DNA of 64,000 nucleotides from Acanthaster planci (Eukaryota): NCBI RefSeq assembly GCF_001949145.1, contig NW_019091361.1, positions 2,651,825 to 2,715,824 of the forward strand, read 5' to 3'. Shown piece by piece: positions 25,701 to 48,370 of this stretch (position 1 is its first letter; each line of letters starts with the position of its first letter). The notes under the pieces were generated by a model. It saw only the letters and a program-made list of their open reading frames with translations, ran no database searches and was not told where the DNA came from. The position numbers and the translations under genes were made by a program.

Positions 25701-28700
25701 TTAAATTTAAATAGCTTATTTGCTTGATAACTTGTAATATATGTGACCTGTCACGACAAAAAGAGAGTAAAGTCGCATCTCACTCTTTCCTATTTTGAGG
25801 GTTCAAAGTCATATTGAAGTGGAGGTCAATTTTGGGGTTTTACAATATTTGGAGAGAGTAACCCGTCTCCTATTGAATTCCAAATATTTCGCAGAATCCC
25901 ATATTTAAAAATGTCATTTTCTCAGCAATTTGACAAAAACATTAATCTTGCCTAGTCTGAAATGCTGAAACAATGTCGGGAACAAAGATGCAAAGCTGCC
26001 AGAATAATGTTACATTGTCACCTTATACTTTTACTCTAAGTGTTCCATGTACATGCCATTGGAAAACTCTCTTTCTGCAGAATTCAAAAATACAAATATC
26101 TAAGTTTTTGAAAATTCTGACTTTAAGCTCATTTTGTGGTGACAGGTCACATATACATATTAACCCATTTAATTTATTAGTAACAGGTTCCAGATCTTGT
26201 ACAAGCATTTGCCTTCATCTGGAATCCTCATATTATTTCTGTTACTTTGATATTATATTCGTGTGAATATTCTGTTTATGATATAGTTTAGGTAAAGTTT
26301 ATTTATGATATGGAAATAAACTTTACCTAAACTATGCCTATCTAACCTAAGGAATGTTTATGTGTCAAATAAAATTCTAATCAGCTAAATGGACACAACT
26401 CTTTTGCATTAAGGCACCAACAATTTACCTGTATTTTTCACGACAAAGTCACTGACAAATTCCGTTTCTTTAAGCGTCAAAGTGTAAGTAATCTTGAACC
26501 TGAAAAATCAAACACACACCAAATATAAACAGTTAATGGTAAATGATACATGCAACCTAATACCGAAACTTTTTGGTTTCAGTTTGCTTGGAGCAGCATT
26601 TCAAAAAGATAATCCTATCAGTTGTCAATGAATGTCCTTCATTTTAAGACAGAGCAAATTTCTGTGCATTATAACTGCATGCTGTGAATCAATATGGTTT
26701 ACTCACATACCCACACTAAGGCCATTTTCCAATACTCAACTTCGGCTCCGTCTCAGGCTTCAACTGTTTTTTTACTACCTAACTTTGAAGCTGTAAGCGC
26801 ACTAATTAGTCTACTTGTGCCACAAAACATCAGATAAGATGCAAGAAAGCAAAAACTTACAGTAATCCGATTTGATTTAAATGCTTCAGGCCCACAATCG
26901 GGGATTGGTTTCGGGGAGGAAGCCTGAGACGGAGACGAAGTTGAGTATTGGAAAACAGCCTAGACAGAATGTTATCACTGACTGCTCACCCATGATTCCA
27001 CATTTTCCTTGTTTCTTCGTTATCTGTGAGAGTAAATACTGCACTCACGTCACCAGAGCTTTGGGTCTGAAAATTAAAAATATTAACTTTCAATAAAAAA
27101 CTCTGCTAGGGTAAAACCAAACACAATTGCCAAAGGAACTGAGCTTCTTTTTTGCATTCTAAGCACTAATGATAATTATGACAATGACAAATTTCAATTT
27201 AATAACAATTTTCAAAGAATTTAAAAGAACTTCTGTAGTTTTTGCATTGTACTTAAGTGTTAACACAGAACATATAATCATTAATTATCTTCTGGATTAC
27301 CTTAGGTGCTTGTTCCAACGTCCAGGTTGTAATTCTAGCAAATCCATGTTGGGGACCAAGATCCCATGGGCCAAACTGAGCTGTTCACAATGTAACAAAT
27401 AATTTGGAAGTATATTTCCCGATCAAATTCACACTGAAGTTTATTTTGTACAAATATTGACGCCTCTGAATACTGTGTAAAATTTTAACTGATCAATCTC
27501 AACAAAGGATTGACATTGTTCAGTTTGTGCTGGCTGGCTGTGACAACCACATCGTTGGCGTTTTCATGAAGTGAAAAAAACTGAAATTGTTCGATCTGGA
27601 GTTTTTCATGCCATTTTACTTCCGTTGATCCAAAGAACAAATGAACAGAGTTTCAAAGCAAAATGTTACTTATTTAAACTGTTCACAAACAACTCACAAA
27701 AAGTTTGGTCTGAGTGTTTCTCTGTTTTCACGAAGTGACAAAAAGTCACATCAAAAAAACAATATGCACAATCCCGGCACGAGTCAGTGTGTGTGTACAT
27801 GTGTGCGAACAATGTTGCACATGAACACCTGCACGCGTGTTGAAATGTAACAACTTTCTTCAAGCGCACATTCTTTTCATGAAGTGACAAAAAGTGTGTA
27901 TAATGCAATAGGACAAAAATACAGACCTCCAGATTTTCTGTTTTCACAAAGTGAAAAAACTTTTAGAAGTTTTATGAATGAATTATTCTTAAATTGAGAC
28001 AATATATTTGCAACTAAGTATGGACTGGCATTTTCCAAGTCTTACACTTTATGACTTTGTGAAAACTTCCTCAATGTGCATAAAAGTGATTGACAATGTG
28101 TACTGAAAAGAATGGTATTTTCAAACGCTTTTCTCTCGGATTGATTGGCAAGATTTTGGGGTGTTTGTTTCTTCGTGAAAACATCAACGACATGATGAAG
28201 CAAATTTGCAAAGGGGGGGGAATTGAAAAGACCTGACAGCAAAATGCTAAATACAAGAAGAGGAAAGATAAATTGCCCCAAAAAACTCAAAAGTTCAGCA
28301 GATTTTTTTCAAACAGACTGTTCACCTTGACATCTTTCTCTTTGATCTGTGGGATTTTGTTGATACTTTTGTACTCCTACTTACGAAAGCAAACTGGAAT
28401 GCCACCTCGAATGGCCTTCTTGTTGTTAAACAGTGCCTTTTTACTGCATCAAAAAAAACAAAAAAAGAGAAACAGAAATTAATTTCTATCAAGTTAAATA
28501 ATATATATTTTGGCCTGCATTCTGTGACCATTCCTACCTACGCATTATTTATGGACCCCACAAAAACTGTCTCGTCAATTAACAGCACATCTAAACATTA
28601 CACATGGACATCTTGTACAAAATGTGCAATCTGCATATATGCAAATGAGAAAAACTTTCAGCCAATGACAAGTTTTCTTTGGCCACACGCTGTTAGATGC

Positions 28701-30231
28701 AGTAGAAACAGGAGCTGTGTCCAGACACTCATCACAATCTGCAAAACCAAAACCATTTCTCATCATTTTCTCTATCTACAATCTGTTCACAACCTCTCAA
28801 CTCTACCGTAATACTTGTTTTCCTCTATGCCAGATTTTAAGAGGAAAGTACCCAATGCACAATTACCATTAATAGGGGTATTGTTTGGGTGATTTCGACT
28901 GGACCAAATAGCCACATAGGCATACATGAAATAAACAGCTGCATTTCAATCACACAAACGCAGCCAATATTCACAATCCCGAACAAGTGCTCAAGTGCGC
29001 AGGTAACTTTTACTTCAGAGAAACACATGCACTCTAGTGCATCTGCAACAGCCCTTAGAAGTTTCAAAATGCTGTTTCCAAGCAGAAATTTACTTAGCCA
29101 CCCTGCTACATAGCTCACAGCATGGGGAGATTTGCCACAGAACTAGGTCTGCAAGCTAACCCACACTGTGCTCTTACAACTTCACATACGCACTTGAGAT
29201 GATGAAAAGTGCATTATGAAAATAAAGCTGGCCTATAATATCTGGTAGCTGGCTAGCTGAGGCTCTGTACATCACAACAAAACGATAGTCCCTTTAGTCT
29301 GTGTATACCGCACCTGACAAATAAAATCTCAGAGCCTTTGCATCTCCAGGATATCACTGTTGCACCTGCAAATGAAGTGAATGTAAACTTTTGGTGACTT
29401 TGCATTATATTTGATTAATTGACTGTCTGCAGTAGGTACCGTACAGTGACTGGTTGACAATTTTCAGCGATTGTGAACAATGACAAACAAAAAGCGTCAT
29501 TTGAAAGTGCTTTTATTAGTTGAATTTGTTATAACTACAGAGCCCACATCTTAAATATTTCTTTGAAAATGTAAATGAGTTAAGAAATATACGTCGGAAC
29601 AAATCTGCAAATCGGGCTACACAAATATTCAAAAAGAAACACGAGTTCTATGATCTGACCAGAAACTACTTTTGGAAGTTTAACCAATAATATAAATAAA
29701 TAAATGTGTGTTACTTGCACACTGCTCATAACATACAGTTACCAACATTACAAAAAAGTTGGGAGTGTCACCCTCCTGTCTACCCTTTCACTGAAACTGT
29801 CAGCTGGTCAGCATGGCCTGGTCAGCTCATGGTCAGCTGAAGCAGGAATTGAGTTTGAGGTAAGGAAAAAGGGCAAAGAGGGGTTGGGCATGCATATCTG
29901 CATACAAATTAAATACGTTTCCTATGTATTCAACTGTTCAAGTGACGTTGCGAAGTCAAGTCATGGTCAAATCTCCAACCCGAAGCCCCACACATTTCCC
30001 TTGAAGTTTCGGTCCCATCCACTGCACTGCCCCTCCGATCCCCCGTATAATAATCCCGTATCCCGCTGCATATGCTTGCAGTAGTTACCAAACCATCCAC
30101 GGTTAATAATAGCAAATCGCACCGAATTTCTCAATATGGCGTGAGACCGTGGTAAAGAATCATTTACCAAATAAGTGAACAGTAAGGCTCGTGTCTTTGC
30201 CTCGCTCAAGCAGAACACGATCGGCTGACAT
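22794..30231 (-). CDS. Glucose-6-phosphate 1-epimerase (D-hexose-6-phosphate mutarotase, YeaD/YMR099C family), 275 aa
   Basis: Ten GT-AG exons in phase: 30231-30168, 29365-29314, 28443-28385, 27380-27301, 27066-26990, 26499-26429, 24909-24803, 24193-24129, 23702-23611, 22954-22794 (828 nt). Family motifs GATVISW, AIRGGIPVCFPQFG, QHGFAR, LLHTY, YDRVY, VVWNPW, MLCVE. Confidence 0.93.
23125..23298. mobile_element. ~170-bp fully palindromic MITE, copy 1
   Basis: ttcacaatagtgtgcctccaacagtttgcaa...ttgcaaactcttggaggcgcactattgtgaa; homologous to 51569-51723 and 61200-61371. Confidence 0.8.
24360..24579. mobile_element. Short TIR repeat, copy A
   Basis: atccgcttgagctgaagtgcaccc...gagcggata; collinear homologue at 24995-25246. 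Confidence 0.65.
24995..25246. mobile_element. Short TIR repeat, copy B
   Basis: tatcagccctgagctgaagtgcaccc...aagaaagacag...gggttctt...cagagcggata. Confidence 0.65.
25738..26155. mobile_element. Non-autonomous DNA transposon (~35-bp TIR, TA-rich flanks)
   Basis: tatatgtgacctgtcacgacaaaa..taaagtc / gactttaa..ttttgtggtgacaggtcacatata. Confidence 0.7.
26720..26960. mobile_element. PIF/Harbinger-like MITE
   Basis: ~42-bp TIR ggccattttccaatactcaacttcggctccgtctcaggcttc / gaagcctgagacggagacgaagttgagtattggaaaacagcc; flanks TAA and TAG. Confidence 0.75.
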
Positions 30232-30579
30232 TTCTATAATTGAAAGTTTCTGCTAAAGAAAATAGCACAACACATCCAGTGATCCCCACACTTCACTTCC
30301 GCAAACTTATCTGCAGCAGCATTGAAAACGGTGAATCAACCCCGACTTCTCGCTTAAGATTTCAATATTGAAGAATAAATGGTACCCGTCTATTTCTCCT
30401 ACTTATCAAAGTCCAGTTCCCGCCGCGCTACTCCAAATCTGTATAGTCGATTGTTGGGGAAAGATTGGTAAACGGCTCATACAACATGTAAAAAACAAAA
30501 TAGCTCGGCTCACCATACAAGTATCGAGTTCGACTGCACGAATAAAAAGGCTGATTTTGCCTGTAAGAGTAACATCAAG
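30232..30579. promoter_or_regulatory. Bidirectional promoter between epimerase (-) and VPS45 (+)
   Basis: Divergent start codons 348 bp apart; locally CpG-rich; inverted CCAAT (ATTGG) near 30463. Confidence 0.7.
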
Positions 30580-41520
<10,941 letters not shown>

Positions 41521-43124
41521 GGCATTCCCCCTGAAATATGTTGACACAGCTCACACATGAGAGGTAAACGTGTTGATTCTGCGTAGGTTCATTTCAGAGA
41601 TATACTAAGATGTGGCTATCCTACATGTACATATGAGGAGAAATATCCTTTTTGTCCCAGCACAAAATTCCAAATTGGGCCATATGTAGTACTTGGGCTG
41701 TACTTGAACATGAATTCTGTCCCCAAACAGCATGCTTTGCATGCTTGTTCCATATTTGTTTCAGATACATAGACACACAAACATGCAGAGCTCTGCTCGT
41801 TATATGCCAAGTTACTCTTCCTAAGAGTCTGAAGTTCCAAATTTAGCCATTTTCAGCACATGGACTGGATTTTACCCAAATATATATAGTTAATTCCTTT
41901 CGTATGTTTACAAAGAATACTTCCATGCTGAGTTGCACCAATATATGACTGTATTATTTATTTAACCACGTGTATATATATCACACTGATTCAATGAAAT
42001 ATCTTGCTTGTTCAAATGTATTTTTAATTGGTATCGCTGAGTAGATACATGTATATTTGTAGCCACATTAAGTTGTTACTGTATCTTGTAATCATTTGAA
42101 AAAAAATGGCATTCACATTTATTTGAGTCAAAAAATTATAATGTCATTGGAAGAAATGAAAACATAATTCTTGATGCTGAAAATAATAAGACTACTTACT
42201 TCCAGTTGTTGAAAATTGCATGTCTGTACTGTTGTTGAGTAATTTAATCTAACCATCCATCATTCAAGTCACATCTGTCATAGTTAAATGTAATTGTCAA
42301 CCAAACTTGCCCTGAACTGTCACCATTGCTAACACGCTCGCTCCAGTACAGACAAATCAGATGAGATGCCATTCCGAGGGGCCATTTACACTCATGCACC
42401 TGTCTCAATTTGAGTGCGCGTGCCCTTTAGCAATTGACTATTGTTTATTAGTCAAGGAGGAAGTTCACGTGCTTGCATTGCATGCGTGTGATGAGGATGG
42501 CCCCGTTGTAATGGCGTCTAATTTTGGTCATCGGATTTGTCAATAGTTTGCTGTGCTTCAGGGTTTTTTCCAAGACTCTTGTGGTTGTAACCCTCCATTG
42601 AATCTCTATGTATCAATTTTGTGTTTCTTTGCTTGGCTTATTATATATAAGCAAAACCATCCATAAAACTATACATGTATACATGTATACAGATCTGTTG
42701 GACGTGATAAAAAAAATACTTGAAGATGTTTCGTATATGTGCTAGGCTTGCATGGTATTTTTAAAGAAGCAATTAGCTCATCAGGAGAGTTCGCCTACAA
42801 GATTGTATATGAAGTAAATCACTGTTTAATCTTTCCAGTTCTGTCAGAACCTGCAACAATAAAGAATGAACTCTGTGAATCCACCTGCTAATAATGGTGG
42901 ACAAGTCATTATAAGTGTTAATTAAACCACTTCCTGCGGGGGCAGTTATCAATGTGGATGATGCGGGGCCGGGATATTTATCATTTTTTTCTGTTTTCAA
43001 AATTCTTTAAAACTTCCTATCTTCATTTACCGTATAATATAGCTGTTTACCGGACACTAACAAACACGTGAAGGACTGTCTGGTCCATGCTTGCCTGACA
43101 AAATCTATTGACGCCTGAGAATTT

Positions 43125-43465
43125 CAGCCAGGCCTGCAGCCTTGTAAAAAGAGCCCGGAGTGTGCGGCGCTATATAACTTTCTTTTGTTCACGAACCTGG
43201 CTCAGTGTGCTGCTGACCTCTTTTCAATAGGGGCCAGATTAGCATGCAGCGGTGCTGTGTGGCTTATCGCTGCGGAAGTGGAGTGCATTTGTCCCTGGTG
43301 GTAATCCGCTCGCTCTAAATGCCCCAAACCGTGGCATACTATTTCAAAACAAGGCTGGATTATCTCCACTTTTGAGAGTGAAAAATGTCGGTAATTCCCA
43401 GCAGCCTGGTCTTTTGTTCCGAGTACGGTCTTTTGTTCCAAGGCCCTGTTCCCTTCGTCCGAGGT
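43125..43465 (+). repeat. Old interspersed repeat, copy A
   Basis: Reverse-complement homology to 62360-62712 (taatccgc..aaatgcc..gtggcatactatttcaaaacaa..gtcttttgttccgagta..caaggccc). Confidence 0.7.
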
Positions 43466-44973
43466 CGGAGACCCCGGCCACGCATATAAAGCATTACGTG
43501 TCCGGATCTGGAATCCCCTGCAGGAAGTGGTTTAACATATTTCCTCACTTGTGGTCCTTTGCTTATCCCCGCTGCCCTATTGTGTGGTGGAAATACGTCA
43601 TCGTTGCAGACGCTCAATCGAAGCATTTTGAATTACTTACCATCTTATCGACACATCAACATTCAGTGCACAGGTGTCATGCACACACGGTGGGGCGGTA
43701 GCTAGGGACGAGTGAATTACGGCGAGTATGCCCACTCGCCCCTCCCCCCATTGTAAGAACGTGTCATAATTTATTGATACAAAGGCATACACACTGTACA
43801 GTTTCCATAGAATTAACCGTGGATCTCGAGACGGATGCTTGCGCTCAGACTACGAGGTTTGAACCCACCGCACTCCATTGTGCTTCACTGAAGACAGCGT
43901 TGATAGTCAAGGGCAACTTTACCCGTTGGCAATAGCCGGGAAGCAAAGATTACCCGCGATACAATGGGGAGAATTGATTTTCCATGAAAGGACGCAAACG
44001 CAATGCGAAATTCATTGCCCATCATGGAAGTGGTACCCTGCACAAATCGAATCCTTCCAACAGTTCTTGGACGTCTCTGCCAAAAATTAAAATATTGATC
44101 AGCGAAGTGAAGGCTCCTTTTAAGGAAGATAGAAATTGGCAAGTGCAAGGGTCCCAGTCAAATTGTAGGCCTACGCCTTGAACATTCGGGATGTAAATAT
44201 TAATCTCATCTACATCTGTTTTTGAGTTGATATCGGAGAAGCGACTGAATGCGAACATCATTTCCTTGTTATTTAGGTAACTTTTGCTAAATGTATCAGA
44301 TATCAGCAGATGTTGATTCATTCACGTACCGTTTCATACACCGTATTTCATATTTATCCATATATGGGATCTCCAAAAGGCCATCAGCATTTATAATTTC
44401 CACTTCTACATTTCGTAAGCCTTGTAAATGTGCCAAGGGTGGATCCAGGAATGGGGGGGGGGCAAAATCTAAGAGGATTTTGCCATTTCATATTTCTGCT
44501 GTTTTCGAGGCTAGAGGCCAACTTTTTGTGTTTTACTTACTGCATGTGGGGAGGAAGTGAAAGGGTTTCAGAAATTCGTCCGAAACAAATCAAACATTTT
44601 GCCTCTTTTTGGCATTATCTCATTCAGATCCGCCGTGGGATGTTGCAAGACGATTCCTTATTAAACAAAACAAGGAGTAACCAATAAGAAAGACCAAACG
44701 TACCAAGCGACTGTTTTGAACCACTGCCCAATTAAGTGGCTTAACCCGAACTACTTTCTTTTCGAACGTCTCGGTATGTGCAGGTGTTCAATAGGCAATT
44801 GAGACCATGCAAATTTTCACCGAGGTGAAACTGCATGAATTGTACAACTAAACTCACTTCTCAAGAATGCATTTAGCGCACCGCCACACTTTGGTGACAT
44901 GTATTGGCTTGATTTAATTTCTTTGTTTATTCGCCAGTTTTTGAATTTTAAGTGACCCCTGATGGACACGGTA

Positions 44974-45823
44974 TGTAAGGGATAACAATGCATGTATGAC
45001 GCGACAGAGGGCGCTAGGCATAGGCGTGATGCGAAGTTATAGATGGCGCTCTGCCCAATAACGAGGTATAATTATATGCAACCATACGTACGTATGAAGC
45101 CAAACCACGGTGGCTGTGTTAGCTCCAATAACAGAGGCAGATGTTAGGCACGCTTAGCAAGTTAACAGTGTGTTAAGCCAAAGCGGTGCATAGGCTCCGC
45201 CTTTTGCGTAGGGCGATTGGTTAACGGAAGTCACTGCTTGGTCACATGTAGCGCGTGGGCGCAGGCGTAGTCGCGACAGCAGCCCGCTTGCGAGGCTATA
45301 TAAGGCGCAACGGGAGCGTGGATATGTGACAGCGAACGTTGCATTTGGTTCGATCCTGCGTAATACCCCGAACTGTGGTTTGAGCAGAGCAAGCAACTGA
45401 GCGGGCGTGTATGTAAGACCCTCGTACGTTGGGTCTTTGGCGTGGTTAGTTCCTAGTGCCAAGTGGTGCGTGTGTCGTTGAGGGGCTTGGTGGGTTGAAG
45501 GGCTACCTGCTGGTGCGGTAAGAGTTCCTTGTGGGGGCTTACGGTCGATTAAAGAGTGGATTGCTATCTCGCAGAACGAGTTGTGAGTGGTATATCAACT
45601 CAGAGACGGCCCTTTTGACTTATGCAGGTCCCGATTGCATTAGATGCACACGAGTAATTGTGGGGCTCACTGCTCCGGGCAAAGTCTAGTCACACAGGTG
45701 GAGTTCGGGCTCCGTGTTCTTGACACGGGTTTCTTGTTCTCGCGCTCGAACGACGGGAAACACGGCTCAAGAACACTGTTCTGGGAACAGGATCACACAC
45801 CACCTCCTCTTCAGGGTTTTACA
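44974..45823 (+). mobile_element. Probable solo LTR (~850 bp)
   Basis: TGTAA...TTACA termini, 4-bp flanks GGTA/GGAA, TATATAA at 45297, ATTAAA at 45548, GC/CpG-rich relative to surroundings. Confidence 0.55.
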
Positions 45824-47641
45824 GGAACACACGGAAAAACTTGTGAGATTTTGATTTTTGAACAGCAGCAAAAAATAGAGAGATTGTATACAAAGTTGGA
45901 GAGAATAGGAAGTTTTGCAAAATTAACATTAATTATTTTTCACAGGACAGAAGTGAATATTCCTGTTTAAATAGGAAGAATTCAGCCCAGTTGTCCAAGC
46001 ATTAACTCTCGAATAGTTTACTACAACATAGACGCCGCCATGTTGCTTGTCACTAACTAGGCCTGCCAGCGATGACCAATTGTACGTAACCGGCGTTCGA
46101 GCGGCCGACCCAAGAGCGACAAATCAAGCTGTTCGTGAACATACGAGAACATGCCGCCCGAACTCAGCCTTTGATTGTTGTATATAAGTCAGGTGTCAAG
46201 GCGAAGTTTATTTCAAGTGAGGTCTGTCCGGGTTACGTCATTAAGTTTCGGCCAATCTGATCAGGCGTCATCTCAACGAAGACCAGAGATCATTGAACTT
46301 TCTTGGGGGACGGTATACTTCGGTCCCAACGGACTTGTCCCTAGCCGCTCTGGGACTCTCCGGTACGTGCCGTCCGACGCGTTGCGTCTCGAGGAGGAGG
46401 GCGCCCTCGCCTTCGTCAGAGGGGCGCGGCGCCACACATGGCATTAAGCGCGGGTGCTGTGGTTATGGCAACACCTAGCCCAGGTTGGACGTTGTCTTCA
46501 TTTCATTACGGCTGACTTCCAGGATATAAAATATAGGACAAATCATTCGGAGACATGAGTAAATTGCTAGCAACAGAAATGTGCCAAAGTCTTGCTGGAT
46601 AATACCCTCTCCCCTCGACACGGACCTGCCGAGAGTCCCTTAACTTCTATCGAATTTTGTGGGCACCTTTTGTCTGTCTATTTTAAGTTCACCTGTTAAT
46701 TAATGCATGCTAAAAAAGGGCCAGGATTGGACAAATTCTGAATTTTAGCTTTCCCGTACTGGCCGTAGGAGACTCTGCTTACATGCACGTAAACAAGGCC
46801 AACCGTCACCAACGCAAACCACAGCCTCGCCCCCGGCCTGATGTTGTGTGTACTCGGCATGGAGATCAACTCGTGGCTGAGAACCACGCGTTGCGCGTTA
46901 CGTGCTTGATGTGAGCGTCGAAATCAGTGGATTCGGTTAGACTTCAGTTTCGCTGATTTCAGTCAGAACATGTAGTTTCAGTTTGATGTGCGTGAACGAA
47001 GCTCTGAATCTCGTCCGCCAGGTAGTTGCGCGCGGCACACCGCACCAACCAAAGATTGTATAGCGCCGCGCTACAGAATCTTTGGTACGAACTGCACTGG
47101 AGAATGGCTGAAAACAGTCCACAGCAATAGCCAGAATTAACGTTACGCCCGACTTTATTTTCCTGTTTTTGTCTTTGGTGGTGATGAGTCGAATTTCTTA
47201 ACCCACCAGACGTGGAGATAAGGACGCACGGAGTTATATTCGTGAAATTGGCTCCTTGGAAAAGGTAGAAGTGTTGAAAATTTTGGTTACAAAATTTTTC
47301 GTCCAATTTTGCACCTTTTATACCCTGGACTCCCTCCGTAACGTAGTACGATCAGGGAATCCACCTGGGCTAGGCAACACCCCCTTTTCACCGTTGCCAA
47401 GTTACGTATGGTGACTGCATCGCTCGATCCCTGGGCGTTGGATTTTTGTTACGATTGTTGAAGTGTAGTTTAGCGGTTGCACTTGATGCCTGTTATTTAA
47501 CAGTAGAGCTTGCAGAAACCTACCCTGAGGTTATCAGAAACCTCTTCACCATACACTGCATTTTGTGCCTTTTTTGTATAGCTTACGCGCACATCTTTAA
47601 GTACAACTGGACCGTTGACACGACCCGTTGGGATTGCTGAA

Positions 47642-48370
47642 ATGGCCAACAAGCGCAGACTGCTGTTGTACTTAGCGATGGTTCTGTTGGCTACACGAGC
47701 GTGTGTAAGCCTACTACATAGCTGTCCCGGTGACTGGAAACCGCACGGCAGGTTTTGCTACAAGTTTGTCACTGAGCCAACACTCAACTTCTCCGACGCT
47801 GACCAATTTTGCCAAGACATGTTCAGTACTCTGGCCGTGCCGCAGTCTGCCGGGGAAAATGGCTTCTTCGCAAGCCTGTTCGTTAAAGACAGTATTTTTC
47901 TTGGAGTACACCTCGATATCGGTAAGACAGTTCGGGAATTTCTGAATACGACTGATGACGGGGAGTACCACAATTGGGATCTGGCGAAATTTGGTTCATT
48001 CAACGCAACTGCCAAGAAGCGCTGCACGAAGTTCAACACCGCCGGGTTGTGGAGGGTATCCGTATGCAACGCAATGCGCAGGTTTATTTGTAAGAGCGAG
48101 CTGGCGAGGTGCTCACAAACTGCCCGCTGCTTTTCAGCTTCCGGCGACCAGAGTCGGCACCCTTGCCTTCTGAATCACACCTACGAAGAATGGAAGTATC
48201 GCAGTCCCGTGCATTGCTGCTTGGCCTGTTCTAGCGATCCCCACTGTCGCTCCTTCAACTTGATGGGGGACGTGTGCCATCTCAACGACGTCACTGCCTC
48301 GGAGATTCTTGAATACGACAGTCATTCGGCTGATGAGATAGATGGATGCATGTACTACGAGCATGAATGA
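47642..48370 (+). CDS. Secreted C-type lectin domain + PAN/apple-like domain protein (242 aa, single coding exon)
   Basis: Hydrophobic signal peptide; CTLD signature CPGDW...FCYKF...FSDADQFC...LA...EN...FLG...C...W...C...FICK; C-terminal Cys-rich CLLNH...HCCLACSSDPHCRSFNL..VCHLN typical of PAN/apple modules. Confidence 0.85.
   Translation: MANKRRLLLYLAMVLLATRACVSLLHSCPGDWKPHGRFCYKFVTEPTLNFSDADQFCQDMFSTLAVPQSAGENGFFASLFVKDSIFLGVHLDIGKTVREFLNTTDDGEYHNWDLAKFGSFNATAKKRCTKFNTAGLWRVSVCNAMRRFICKSELARCSQTARCFSASGDQSRHPCLLNHTYEEWKYRSPVHCCLACSSDPHCRSFNLMGDVCHLNDVTASEILEYDSHSADEIDGCMYYEHE

Noticed and set aside
43202..43701. 149-aa and overlapping ORFs
   Set aside because: They lie in an interspersed repeat whose second copy (62360-62712) shows only short ORFs; no domain recognised.
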